Virus record (IMG/VR): IMGVR_UViG_2609459852_000021
Direction: 5' to 3' (one strand)
Source: a virus
Taxonomy: Duplodnaviria > Heunggongvirae > Uroviricota > Caudoviricetes
DNA: 25,763 nucleotides
The position numbers and the translations under genes were made by a program. Positions 11,449 to 20,532 of this stretch are shown piece after piece. Under the pieces are notes generated by a model. The model made no database searches. It had not been told where the DNA came from and saw nothing but the letters and a program-made list of their open reading frames with translations. How positions within the stretch are numbered: the stretch's first letter is position 1; every line of letters begins with the position of its first letter.

Positions 11449-14002
11449 ACCGGTAGGCGATCTGGTCGTTGATTTGAGTCTGGATGCGGCCAGATTTGAC
11501 GAGCAGATGGCCAGAGTCAGGCGTCATTTTTCCGGTACGGAAAGTGATGCGAAAAAAACAGCGGCAGTCGTTGAACAGTCGCTGAGCCGACAGGCGCTGG
11601 CTGCACAGAAAGCGGGGATTTCCGTCGGGCAGTATAAAGCCGCCATGCGTATGCTGCCTGCACAGTTCACCGACGTGGCCACGCAGCTTGCAGGCGGGCA
11701 AAGTCCGTGGCTGATCCTGCTGCAACAGGGGGGGCAGGTGAAGGACTCCTTCGGCGGGATGATCCCCATGTTCAGGGGGCTTGCCGGTGCGATCACCCTG
11801 CCGATGGTGGGGGCCACCTCGCTGGCGGTGGCGACCGGTGCGCTGGCGTATGCCTGGTATCAGGGCAACTCAACCCTGTCCGATTTCAACAAAACGCTGG
11901 TCCTTTCCGGCAATCAGGCGGGACTGACGGCAGATCGTATGCTGGTCCTGTCCAGAGCCGGGCAGGCGGCAGGGCTGACGTTTAACCAGACCAGCGAGTC
12001 ACTCAGCGCACTGGTTAAGGCGGGGGTAAGCGGTGAGGCTCAGATTGCGTCCATCAGCCAGAGTGTGGCGCGTTTCTCCTCTGCATCCGGTGTGGAGGTG
12101 GACAAGGTCGCTGAAGCCTTCGGGAAGCTGACCACAGACCCGACGTCGGGGTTGACGGCGATGGCACGCCAGTTCCATAACGTGACGGCGGAGCAGATTG
12201 CGTATGTTGCTCAGTTGCAGCGTTCCGGCGATGAAGCCGGGGCATTGCAGGCGGCGAACGAGGCCGCAACGAAAGGGTTTGATGACCAGACCCGACGCCT
12301 GAAAGAGAACATGGGCACGCTGGAAACCTGGGCAGACAGGACAGCACGAGCATTCAAATCCATGTGGGATGCGGTGCTGGATATTGGTCGTCCTGATACC
12401 GCTCAGGAGATGCTGATTAAGGCAGAGGCTGCGTTTAAGAAAGCAGACGACATCTGGAATCTGCGCAAGGATGATTATTTTGTTAACGATGAAGCGCGGG
12501 CGCGTTACTGGGATGATCGTGAAAAGGCCCGTCTTGCGCTTGAAGCCGCCCGAAAGAAGGCTGAACAGCAGAGTCAACAGGACAAAAATGCGCAGCAGCA
12601 GAGCGATACCGAAGCGTCACGGCTGAAATATACCGAAGAGGCGCAGAAGGCTTACGAACGGCTGCAGACACCGCTGGAGAAATATACCGCCCGTCAGGAA
12701 GAACTGAACAAGGCACTGAAAGACGGGAAAATCCTGCAGGCGGATTACAACACGCTGATGGCGGCGGCGAAAAAGGATTATGAAGCGACGCTGAAAAAGC
12801 CGAAACAGTCCGGCGTGAAGGTGTCTGCGGGCGATCGTCAGGAAGACAGTGCTCATGCTGCCCTGCTGACGCTTCAGGCAGAACTCCGGACGCTGGAGAA
12901 GCATGCCGGAGCGAATGAGAAAATCAGCCAGCAGCGCCGGGATTTGTGGAAGGCGGAGAGTCAGTTCGCGGTACTGGAGGAGGCGGCGCAACGTCGCCAG
13001 CTGTCTGCACAGGAGAAATCCCTGCTGGCGCATAAAGATGAGACGCTGGAGTACAAACGCCAGCTGGCTGCACTTGGCGACAAGGTTACGTATCAGGAGC
13101 GCCTGAACGCGCTGGCGCAGCAGGCGGATAAATTCGCACAGCAGCAACGGGCAAAACGGGCCGCTATTGATGCGAAAAGCCGGGGGCTGACTGACCGGCA
13201 GGCAGAACGGGAAGCCACGGAACAGCGCCTGAAGGAACAGTATGGCGATAATCCTCTGGCGCTGAATAACGTCATGTCAGAGCAGAAAAAGACCTGGGCG
13301 GCTGAAGACCTGCTTCGCGGGAACTGGATGGCAGGCCTCAGGTCCGGCTGGAGCGAGTGGAAAGAGAGTGCCACGGACAGTATGTCGCAGGTTAAAAGTG
13401 CTGCCACGCAGACCTTTGATGGTATTGCGCAGAATATGGCGGCGATGCTGACCGGCAGTGAACAGAACTGGCGCAGCTTCACCCGTTCCGTGCTGTCCAT
13501 GATGACAGAAATGCTGCTTAAGCAGGCAATGGTGGGGATTGTCGGGAGTATCGGCAGCGCTATTGGCGGGGCTGTTGGTGGCGGCGCATCCGCGTCAGGC
13601 GGTACAGCCATTCAGGCCGCTGCGGCGAAATTCCATTTTGCAACCGGAGGATTTACGGGAACCGGCGGCAAATATGAGCCAGCGGGGATTGTTCACCGTG
13701 GTGAATTTGTCTTCACGAAGGAGGCAACCAGCCGGATTGGCGTGGGGAATCTTTACCGGCTGATGCGCGGCTATGCCACCGGCGGTTATGTCGGTACACC
13801 GGGCAGCATGGCGGACAGTCGGTCGCAGGCGTCCGGGACGTTTGAGCAGAATAACCATGTGGTGATTAACAACGACGGCACGAACGGTCAGATAGGGCCA
13901 CAGGCGCTGAAGGCTGTGTATGACGTAGCCCGTAAGGCGGCAATGGATGTTGTGACCGGGCAGATGCGTGATGGTGGTCTGTTCTCCGGAGGTGGACGAT
14001 GA
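11441..14002 (+). CDS. H: tail tape measure protein H
   Basis: 853-aa ORF, same length as and near-identical to lambda gpH. Confidence 0.96.
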   Translation: MAEPVGDLVVDLSLDAARFDEQMARVRRHFSGTESDAKKTAAVVEQSLSRQALAAQKAGISVGQYKAAMRMLPAQFTDVATQLAGGQSPWLILLQQGGQVKDSFGGMIPMFRGLAGAITLPMVGATSLAVATGALAYAWYQGNSTLSDFNKTLVLSGNQAGLTADRMLVLSRAGQAAGLTFNQTSESLSALVKAGVSGEAQIASISQSVARFSSASGVEVDKVAEAFGKLTTDPTSGLTAMARQFHNVTAEQIAYVAQLQRSGDEAGALQAANEAATKGFDDQTRRLKENMGTLETWADRTARAFKSMWDAVLDIGRPDTAQEMLIKAEAAFKKADDIWNLRKDDYFVNDEARARYWDDREKARLALEAARKKAEQQSQQDKNAQQQSDTEASRLKYTEEAQKAYERLQTPLEKYTARQEELNKALKDGKILQADYNTLMAAAKKDYEATLKKPKQSGVKVSAGDRQEDSAHAALLTLQAELRTLEKHAGANEKISQQRRDLWKAESQFAVLEEAAQRRQLSAQEKSLLAHKDETLEYKRQLAALGDKVTYQERLNALAQQADKFAQQQRAKRAAIDAKSRGLTDRQAEREATEQRLKEQYGDNPLALNNVMSEQKKTWAAEDLLRGNWMAGLRSGWSEWKESATDSMSQVKSAATQTFDGIAQNMAAMLTGSEQNWRSFTRSVLSMMTEMLLKQAMVGIVGSIGSAIGGAVGGGASASGGTAIQAAAAKFHFATGGFTGTGGKYEPAGIVHRGEFVFTKEATSRIGVGNLYRLMRGYATGGYVGTPGSMADSRSQASGTFEQNNHVVINNDGTNGQIGPQALKAVYDVARKAAMDVVTGQMRDGGLFSGGGR

Positions 14003-14328
14003 AAACCTTCCGCTGGAAAGTGAAACCCGGTATGGATGTGGCTTCGGCCCCTTCTGTAAGAAAGGTGCGCTTTGGTGATGGCTATTCCCAGCGTGCGCCT
14101 GCCGGGCTGAACGCCAACCTGAAAACGTACAGCGTGACGCTGTCTGTCCCCCGTGAGGAGGCCACGGCGCTGGAGTCGTTTCTGGCTGAGCACGGGGGCT
14201 GGAAGGCCTTTCTGTGGACGCCGCCTTATGGTTACAGGCAGATAAAGGTGACCTGCGCAAAATGGTCGTCGCAGGTCAGTATGTTGCGTGTTGAGTTCAG
14301 CGCAGAGTTTAAACAGGTGGTGAACTGA
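13999..14328 (+). CDS. M: tail tip protein M
   Basis: 109-aa ORF MKTFRWKVKPGMDVAS... matching lambda gpM; ATGA overlap with H. Confidence 0.95.
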   Translation: MKTFRWKVKPGMDVASAPSVRKVRFGDGYSQRAPAGLNANLKTYSVTLSVPREEATALESFLAEHGGWKAFLWTPPYGYRQIKVTCAKWSSQVSMLRVEFSAEFKQVVN

Positions 14329-15026
14329 TGCAGGATATCCGGCAGGAAACACTGAATGAATGCACCCGTGCGGAGCAGTCGGCCAGCGTGGTGCTCTGGG
14401 AAATCGATCTGACAGAGGTTGGTGGAGAACGTTATTTTTTCTGTAATGAGCAGAACGAAAAAGGTGAGCCGGTCACCTGGCAGGGGCGGCAGTATCAGGC
14501 GTATCCCATTCAGGGGAGTGGTTTTGAACTGAATGGCAAAGGCACCAGTACGCGCCCCACGCTGACGGTTTCTAACCTGTACGGAATGGTCACCGGGATG
14601 GCGGAAGATCTGCAGAGTCTGGTCGGCGGAACGGTGGTCAGGCGTAAGGTTTACGCCCGTTTTCTGGATGCGGTGAACTTCGTCAACGGAAACAGAGACG
14701 CCGATCCGGAGCAGGAGGTGATCAGCCGCTGGCGCATTGAGCAGTGCAGCGAACTGAGCGCGGTGAGTGCCTCTTTTGTACTGTCCACGCCGACGGAAAC
14801 GGACGGCGCTGTTTTTCCGGGACGTATCATGCTGGCCAACACCTGCACCTGGACCTATCGCGGCGATGAGTGCGGTTATCACGGTCCGGCGGTCGCGGAT
14901 GAATATGACCAGCCAACGTCCGATATCACGAAGGATAAATGCAGCAAATGCCTGAGCGGTTGTAAGTTCCGCAATAACGTCGGCAACTTTGGCGGCTTCC
15001 TTTCCATTAACAAACTTTCGCAGTAA
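14328..15026 (+). CDS. L: tail tip protein L
   Basis: 232-aa ORF matching lambda gpL; TGATG overlap with M. Confidence 0.95.
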   Translation: MQDIRQETLNECTRAEQSASVVLWEIDLTEVGGERYFFCNEQNEKGEPVTWQGRQYQAYPIQGSGFELNGKGTSTRPTLTVSNLYGMVTGMAEDLQSLVGGTVVRRKVYARFLDAVNFVNGNRDADPEQEVISRWRIEQCSELSAVSASFVLSTPTETDGAVFPGRIMLANTCTWTYRGDECGYHGPAVADEYDQPTSDITKDKCSKCLSGCKFRNNVGNFGGFLSINKLSQ

Positions 15027-15031
15027 ATCCC

Positions 15032-15775
15032 ATGACACAGACAGAATCAGCGATTCTGGCGCACGCCCGGCGATGTGCGCCAGCGGAGTCGTGCGGCTTC
15101 GTGGTAAGCACGCCGGAGGGGGAAAGATATTTCCCCTGCGTGAATATCTCCGGTGAGCCGGAGGATTATTTCCGGATGGCTCCGGAAGACTGGCTGCAGG
15201 CAGAAATGCAGGGTGAGATTGTGGCGCTGGTCCACAGCCACCCCGGTGGTCTGCCCTGGCTGAGTGAGGCCGACCGGCGGCTGCAGGTGCAGAGTGATTT
15301 GCCGTGGTGGCTGGTCTGCCGGGGGACGATTCATAAGTTCCGCTGTGTGCCGCATCTCACCGGGCGGCGCTTTGAGCACGGGGTGACGGACTGTTACACG
15401 CTGTTCCGGGATGCTTACCATCTGGCGGGGATTGAGATGCCGGATTTTCATCGTGAGGATGACTGGTGGCGTAACGGTCAGAATCTCTATCTGGATAATC
15501 TGGAGGCCACAGGGCTGTATCAGGTGCCGCTGTCAGCGGCGCAGCCGGGCGATGTGCTGCTGTGCTGTTTTGGTTCATCGGTGCCGAATCATGCCGCCAT
15601 TTACTGTGGTGACGGCGAGCTGCTGCACCATATTCCTGAACAACTGAGCAAACGAGAGAGGTATACCGACAAATGGCAGCGACGCACACACTCCCTCTGG
15701 CGTCACCGGGCATGGCACGCATCTGCCTTTACGGGGATTTACAACGATTTGGCCGCCGCATCGACCTTCGTGTGA
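15032..15775 (+). CDS. K: tail tip assembly protein K (JAB/MPN metalloprotease-like plus NlpC/P60-like domains)
   Basis: 247-aa ORF matching lambda gpK; JAMM motif H-S-H-x7-S-x2-D visible in HSHPGGLPWLSEAD; Cys/His candidates for an NlpC/P60 fold downstream. The classic lambda annotation starts at an internal Met about 48 codons in. Confidence 0.9.
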   Translation: MTQTESAILAHARRCAPAESCGFVVSTPEGERYFPCVNISGEPEDYFRMAPEDWLQAEMQGEIVALVHSHPGGLPWLSEADRRLQVQSDLPWWLVCRGTIHKFRCVPHLTGRRFEHGVTDCYTLFRDAYHLAGIEMPDFHREDDWWRNGQNLYLDNLEATGLYQVPLSAAQPGDVLLCCFGSSVPNHAAIYCGDGELLHHIPEQLSKRERYTDKWQRRTHSLWRHRAWHASAFTGIYNDLAAASTFV

Positions 15776-16345
15776 AAACGGGGGCTGAAGCCATCCGGGC
15801 GCTGGCCACACAGCTCCCTTCGTTTCGTCAGAAACTGAGCGACGGCTGGTATCAGGTACGCATTTCCGGGCGTGATGTCAGGCGAAACCGGATTAACGGC
15901 GCAGTTACATGAGGCTCTGCCTGACGGCGCTGTGATTCATATCGTTCCCAGAGTCGCCGGGGCCAAGTCAGGGGGCGTATTCCAGATTGTTCTGGGGGCT
16001 GCCGCCATTGCCGGATCATTCTTTACTGCCGGAGCCACCCTTGCAGCATGGGGGGCAGCCATTGGGGCCGGTGGTATGACCGGCATTCTGTTTTCTCTCG
16101 GTGCCAGTATGGTGCTCGGTGGTGTGGCGCAGATGCTGGCACCGAAAGCCAGAACTCCCCGCACACAGACAACGGATAACGGTAAGCAGAACACCTATTT
16201 CTCCTCACTGGATAACATGGTTGCCCAGGGCAATGTTCTGCCTGTTCTGTACGGTGAAATGCGCGTGGGGTCGCGGGTGGCTTCTCAGGAGATCAGCACG
16301 GCAGACGAAGGGGATGGTGGTCAGGTTGTGGTGATTGGTCGCTGA
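15673..16345 (+). pseudogene. I: tail tip assembly protein I, split by an apparent +1 frameshift (ORFs 15673-15912 and 15872-16345)
   Basis: Two overlapping ORFs in adjacent frames each match one part of lambda gpI (N-terminal ubiquitin-like part MAATHTLPLASPGMARICLYGD...; C-terminal part ...GLTAQLHEALPDGAVIHIVPRVAGAKSGG...); total span is 673 nt against 672 nt expected. Could be a real mutation or a sequencing error. Confidence 0.6.
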
Positions 16346-16405
16346 TGCAAAATGTTTTATGTGAAACCGCCTGCGGGCGGTTTTGTCGTTTATGGAGCGT
16401 GACGA

Positions 16406-19400
16406 ATGGGTAAAGGCAGCAGTAAGGGGCATACCCCGCGCGAAGCGAAGGACAACCTGAAGTCCACGCAGTTGCTGAGTGTGATCGATGCCATCAGCGA
16501 AGGGCCGGTTGAAGGTCCGGTGGATGGATTAAAAAGCGTGCTGCTGAACAGTACGCCGGTGCTGGACACTGAGGGGAATACCAACATCTCCGGTGTCACG
16601 GTGGTGTTCCGGGCAGGTGAGCAGGAGCAGACACCGCCGGAGGGGTTTGAATCCTCCGGCTCCGAGACGGTGCTGGGTACGGAAGTGAAATATGACACGC
16701 CGATCACCCGCACCATCACGTCGGCAAACATCGACCGTCTGCGCTTTACCTTCGGTGTGCAGGCACTGGTGGAAACCACCTCAAAGGGTGACAGGAATCC
16801 GTCGGAAGTCCGCCTGCTGGTTCAGATACAACGTAACGGTGGCTGGGTGACGGAAAAAGACATCACCATTAAGGGCAAAACCACCTCGCAGTATCTGGCC
16901 TCGGTGGTGGTGGATAACCTGCCGCCGCGCCCGTTTAATATCCGGATGCGCAGGATGACGCCGGACAGCACCACAGACCAGCTGCAGAACAAAACGCTCT
17001 GGTCGTCATACACCGAAATCATCGATGTGAAACAGTGCTACCCGAACACGGCACTGGTCGGCGTGCAGGTGGATTCGGAGCAGTTCGGCAGCCAGCAGGT
17101 GAGCCGTAATTATCATCTGCGCGGGCGCATTCTGCAGGTGCCGTCGAACTATAACCCGCAGACGCGGCAATACAGCGGTATCTGGGACGGAACGTTTAAA
17201 CCGGCATACAGCAACAACATGGCCTGGTGTCTGTGGGATATGCTGACCCACCCGCGCTACGGCATGGGGAAACGTCTTGGTGCGGCGGATGTGGACAAAT
17301 GGGCGCTGTATGTCATCGGCCAGTATTGCGATCAGTCAGTGCCGGATGGCTTTGGTGGCACGGAGCCGCGCATCACCTGTAATGCCTGGCTGACCACACA
17401 GCGTAAGGCGTGGGATGTTCTCAGTGATTTCTGCTCGGCGATGCGCTGTATGCCGGTATGGAACGGGCAGACGCTGACGTTCGTGCAGGACCGGCCGTCG
17501 GATAAGGTGTGGACCTATAACCGCAGTAATGTGGTGATGCCGGATGATGGCGCGCCGTTCCGCTACAGTTTCAGCGCCCTGAAGGACCGCCATAATGCCG
17601 TTGAGGTGAACTGGACTGACCCGGATAACGGCTGGGAAACGGCAACAGAGCTTGTGGAGGACACGCAGGCCATTGCCCGTTATGGTCGTAATGTCACGAA
17701 GATGGATGCCTTTGGCTGTACCAGCCGGGGGCAGGCACACCGCGCCGGGCTGTGGCTGATTAAAACGGAGCTGCTGGAAACGCAGACCGTGGACTTCAGC
17801 GTGGGCGCAGAAGGGCTTCGCCATGTACCGGGCGATGTTATTGAAATCTGTGATGATGACTATGCCGGTATCAGCACCGGTGGTCGTGTGCTGGCGGTGA
17901 GCAGCCAGACCCGGACGCTGACGCTCGACCGTGAAATCACGCTGCCATCCTCTGGCACCACGCTGATAAGCCTGGTTGACGGAAGTGGCAATCCGGTCAG
18001 CGTGCAGGTCCAGTCCGTCACCGACGGCGTGAAGGTGAAAGTGAGCCGGGTTCCTGACGGCGTTGCAGAATACAGCGTGTGGGGGCTGAAGTTGCCGACG
18101 TTGCGCCAGCGCCTGTTCCGCTGTGTGAGTATCCGTGAGAACGACGACGGCACGTATGCCATCACCGCCGTGCAGCATGTACCGGAAAAAGAAGCCATCG
18201 TGGATAACGGGGCGCACTTTGACGGCGACCAGAGTGGCACGGTGAATGGTGTCACGCCGCCAGCGGTGCAGCACCTGGCCGCAGAAGTCACTGCAGACAG
18301 CGGGGAATATCAGGTGCTGGCGCGATGGGACACACCGAAGGTGGTGAAGGGCGTGAGCTTCCTGCTCCGTCTGACCGTAACAGCGGACGACGGCAGTGAG
18401 CTGCTGGTCAGCACGGCCCGGACGACGGAAACCACATACCGCTTCAGGCAACTGGCGCTGGGGCGTTACACGCTGACGGTCCGGGCGGTAAATGCGTGGG
18501 GGCAGCAGGGCGATCCGGCATCGGTATCGTTCCGGATTGCGGCACCGGCAGCGCCTGTCACTATTGAACTGATACCAGGGTATTTTCAGATAACAGCGGT
18601 CCCGAAACTGGCTGTATATGACCCGACGGTGCAGTTTGAGTTCTGGTTCTCGGAAAAGCGGATTATCGATATCAGGCAGGTTGAAACCAGCGCGCGTTAT
18701 CTTGGTACGGCGCTGTACTGGATAGCCGCCAGTAGCAATATTAAGCCGGGTTATGATTATTACTTTTATATCCGCAGCGTGAACACCGTTGGTAAATCGG
18801 CATTTGTGGAGGCCGTTGGTCGGGCGAGCGATGATGCGGAAGGTTATCTGAATTTTTATAAAGGGTTGATCAATAAAACGCATCTCGGCAAGGAACTGCT
18901 GGAAAACTTTGAGCTGACGGAAGATAACGCCAGCAAACTGGAGGAGTTTTCGAAAGAGTGGAAGGACGCCAACGATAAATGGAATGCCATGTGGGGCGTC
19001 AAAATTGAGCAGACCAAAGACGGCAAACATTATGTCGCGGGGCTTGGCCTCAGCATGGAGGATACGGAGGAAGGCAAACTGAGCCAGTTCCTGGTTGCCG
19101 CTAACCGTATCGCGTTTATTGACCCGGCAAACGGGAATGAAACGCCGATGTTTGTGGCGCAGGGCAACCAGATATTCATGAACGACGTGTTCCTGAAGCG
19201 CCTGACGGCCCCCACCATTACCAGCGGCGGTAATCCTCCGGCATTTTCCCTGACACCGGACGGGCGGCTGACGGCGAAAAATGCCGATATCAGCGGTAAC
19301 GTGAATGCGAACTCCGGGACGCTCAACAACGTCACGATTAACGAGAACTGCCGGGTTCTGGGAAAACTGTCCGCGAACCAGATTGAAGGCGATCTCGTTA

Positions 19401-19801
19401 AAACAGTGGGCAAAGCTTTCCCCCGTGACTCCCGGGCACCGGAGCGGTGGCCATCAGGGACCATTACCGTCAGGGTTTATGACGATCAGCCGTTTGACCG
19501 GCAAATTGTTATTCCGGCTGTGGCATTCAGTGGCGCTAAGCATGAGAGAGAGCATACTGATATTTACTCCTCATGCCGTCTGATAGTGCGGAAAAACGGT
19601 GCTGAAATTTATAACCGTACCGCGCTGGATAATACGCTGATTTACAGTGGCGTTATTGATATGCCTGCCGGTCACGGTCACATGACACTGGAGTTTTCGG
19701 TGTCAGCATGGCTGGTAAATGGCTGGTATCCCACAGCAAGTATCAGCGATTTGCTGGTTGTTGTGATGAAGAAAGCCACTGCAGGCATCACGATTAGCTG
19801 A
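16406..19801 (+). CDS. J: central tail fibre / host specificity protein J with non-lambda C-terminal receptor-binding region
   Basis: 1131-aa ORF near-identical to lambda gpJ for roughly the first 980 residues; the last ~150 residues (from about nt 19350) are clearly homologous but strongly diverged. Confidence 0.95.
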   Translation: MGKGSSKGHTPREAKDNLKSTQLLSVIDAISEGPVEGPVDGLKSVLLNSTPVLDTEGNTNISGVTVVFRAGEQEQTPPEGFESSGSETVLGTEVKYDTPITRTITSANIDRLRFTFGVQALVETTSKGDRNPSEVRLLVQIQRNGGWVTEKDITIKGKTTSQYLASVVVDNLPPRPFNIRMRRMTPDSTTDQLQNKTLWSSYTEIIDVKQCYPNTALVGVQVDSEQFGSQQVSRNYHLRGRILQVPSNYNPQTRQYSGIWDGTFKPAYSNNMAWCLWDMLTHPRYGMGKRLGAADVDKWALYVIGQYCDQSVPDGFGGTEPRITCNAWLTTQRKAWDVLSDFCSAMRCMPVWNGQTLTFVQDRPSDKVWTYNRSNVVMPDDGAPFRYSFSALKDRHNAVEVNWTDPDNGWETATELVEDTQAIARYGRNVTKMDAFGCTSRGQAHRAGLWLIKTELLETQTVDFSVGAEGLRHVPGDVIEICDDDYAGISTGGRVLAVSSQTRTLTLDREITLPSSGTTLISLVDGSGNPVSVQVQSVTDGVKVKVSRVPDGVAEYSVWGLKLPTLRQRLFRCVSIRENDDGTYAITAVQHVPEKEAIVDNGAHFDGDQSGTVNGVTPPAVQHLAAEVTADSGEYQVLARWDTPKVVKGVSFLLRLTVTADDGSELLVSTARTTETTYRFRQLALGRYTLTVRAVNAWGQQGDPASVSFRIAAPAAPVTIELIPGYFQITAVPKLAVYDPTVQFEFWFSEKRIIDIRQVETSARYLGTALYWIAASSNIKPGYDYYFYIRSVNTVGKSAFVEAVGRASDDAEGYLNFYKGLINKTHLGKELLENFELTEDNASKLEEFSKEWKDANDKWNAMWGVKIEQTKDGKHYVAGLGLSMEDTEEGKLSQFLVAANRIAFIDPANGNETPMFVAQGNQIFMNDVFLKRLTAPTITSGGNPPAFSLTPDGRLTAKNADISGNVNANSGTLNNVTINENCRVLGKLSANQIEGDLVKTVGKAFPRDSRAPERWPSGTITVRVYDDQPFDRQIVIPAVAFSGAKHEREHTDIYSSCRLIVRKNGAEIYNRTALDNTLIYSGVIDMPAGHGHMTLEFSVSAWLVNGWYPTASISDLLVVVMKKATAGITIS

Positions 19802-19820
19802 ATTTTATAACCCAGATACG

Positions 19821-19844
19821 GGCACCAGAAATGGTGCCTTTTTT
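19821..19844 (+). terminator. rho-independent terminator downstream of J
   Basis: GGCACC-AGAAAT-GGTGCC hairpin followed by TTTTTT. Confidence 0.6.
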
Positions 19845-19868
19845 ATTGCAGAAAAGCGAGAGGTAATT

Positions 19869-20468
19869 ATGCGTAAATTATGTGCTGTTATTCTGTCCGC
19901 AGTAGTCTGGCTGGTTGCCGCTGGTACGCCAGCGAGCGCAGCAGAGCATCAGTCCACACTAAGCGCCGGGTATCTTCAGACTCATACTGATATGCCAGGC
20001 AGTGATGACCTGAAGGGCATTAACGTGAAATACCGTTATGAATTTACGGACACGCTGGGGCTGGTGACGTCATTCAGTTATGCCAATGCCAAAGATGAGC
20101 AAAAAACGCATTACAGCGATACCCGCTGGCATGAAGATTCAGTGCGTAACCGCTGGTTCAGCATGATGGCGGGGCCATCTGTACGCGTGAATGAATGGTT
20201 CAGTGCTTATGCGATGGCAGGTGTGGCTTACAGCCGTGTTTCGACGTTCTCCGGGGATTATCTCCGCGTAACTGACAACAAGGGGAAAACGCACGATGTG
20301 CTGACCGGAAGTGATGACGATCGCCACAGCAACACGTCTCTGGCGTGGGGAGCTGGCGTGCAGTTTAACCCGACCGAATCCGTGGCCATTGATATTGCTT
20401 ATGAAGGCTCCGGCAGTGGCGACTGGCGCACTGACGGTTTCATCGTGGGTGTCGGTTATAAGTTCTGA
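19869..20468 (+). CDS. lom: outer membrane protein Lom (Ail/Lom family)
   Basis: 199-aa ORF with a signal peptide (MRKLCAVILSAVVWLVAAGTPASA) and C-terminal ...GFIVGVGYKF, matching lambda Lom; bracketed by terminator hairpins. Confidence 0.9.
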   Translation: MRKLCAVILSAVVWLVAAGTPASAAEHQSTLSAGYLQTHTDMPGSDDLKGINVKYRYEFTDTLGLVTSFSYANAKDEQKTHYSDTRWHEDSVRNRWFSMMAGPSVRVNEWFSAYAMAGVAYSRVSTFSGDYLRVTDNKGKTHDVLTGSDDDRHSNTSLAWGAGVQFNPTESVAIDIAYEGSGSGDWRTDGFIVGVGYKF

Positions 20469-20494
20469 TTAGCCAGGTAACACAGTGTTATGAC

Positions 20495-20521
20495 AGCCCG
20501 CCGGTTCAGGCGGGCTTTTTT
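20495..20521 (+). terminator. rho-independent terminator downstream of lom
   Basis: AGCCCGCC-GGTTCA-GGCGGGCT 8-bp stem followed by TTTTTT. Confidence 0.65.
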
Positions 20522-20532
20522 GTGGAGTGGAT

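Noticed and set aside
17336-19030. 564-aa ORF on the minus strand inside J
   Set aside because: Lies entirely antisense to a high-confidence, lambda-identical CDS; Arg-rich low-complexity translation typical of antisense frames in GC-rich coding DNA; no RBS or homology.
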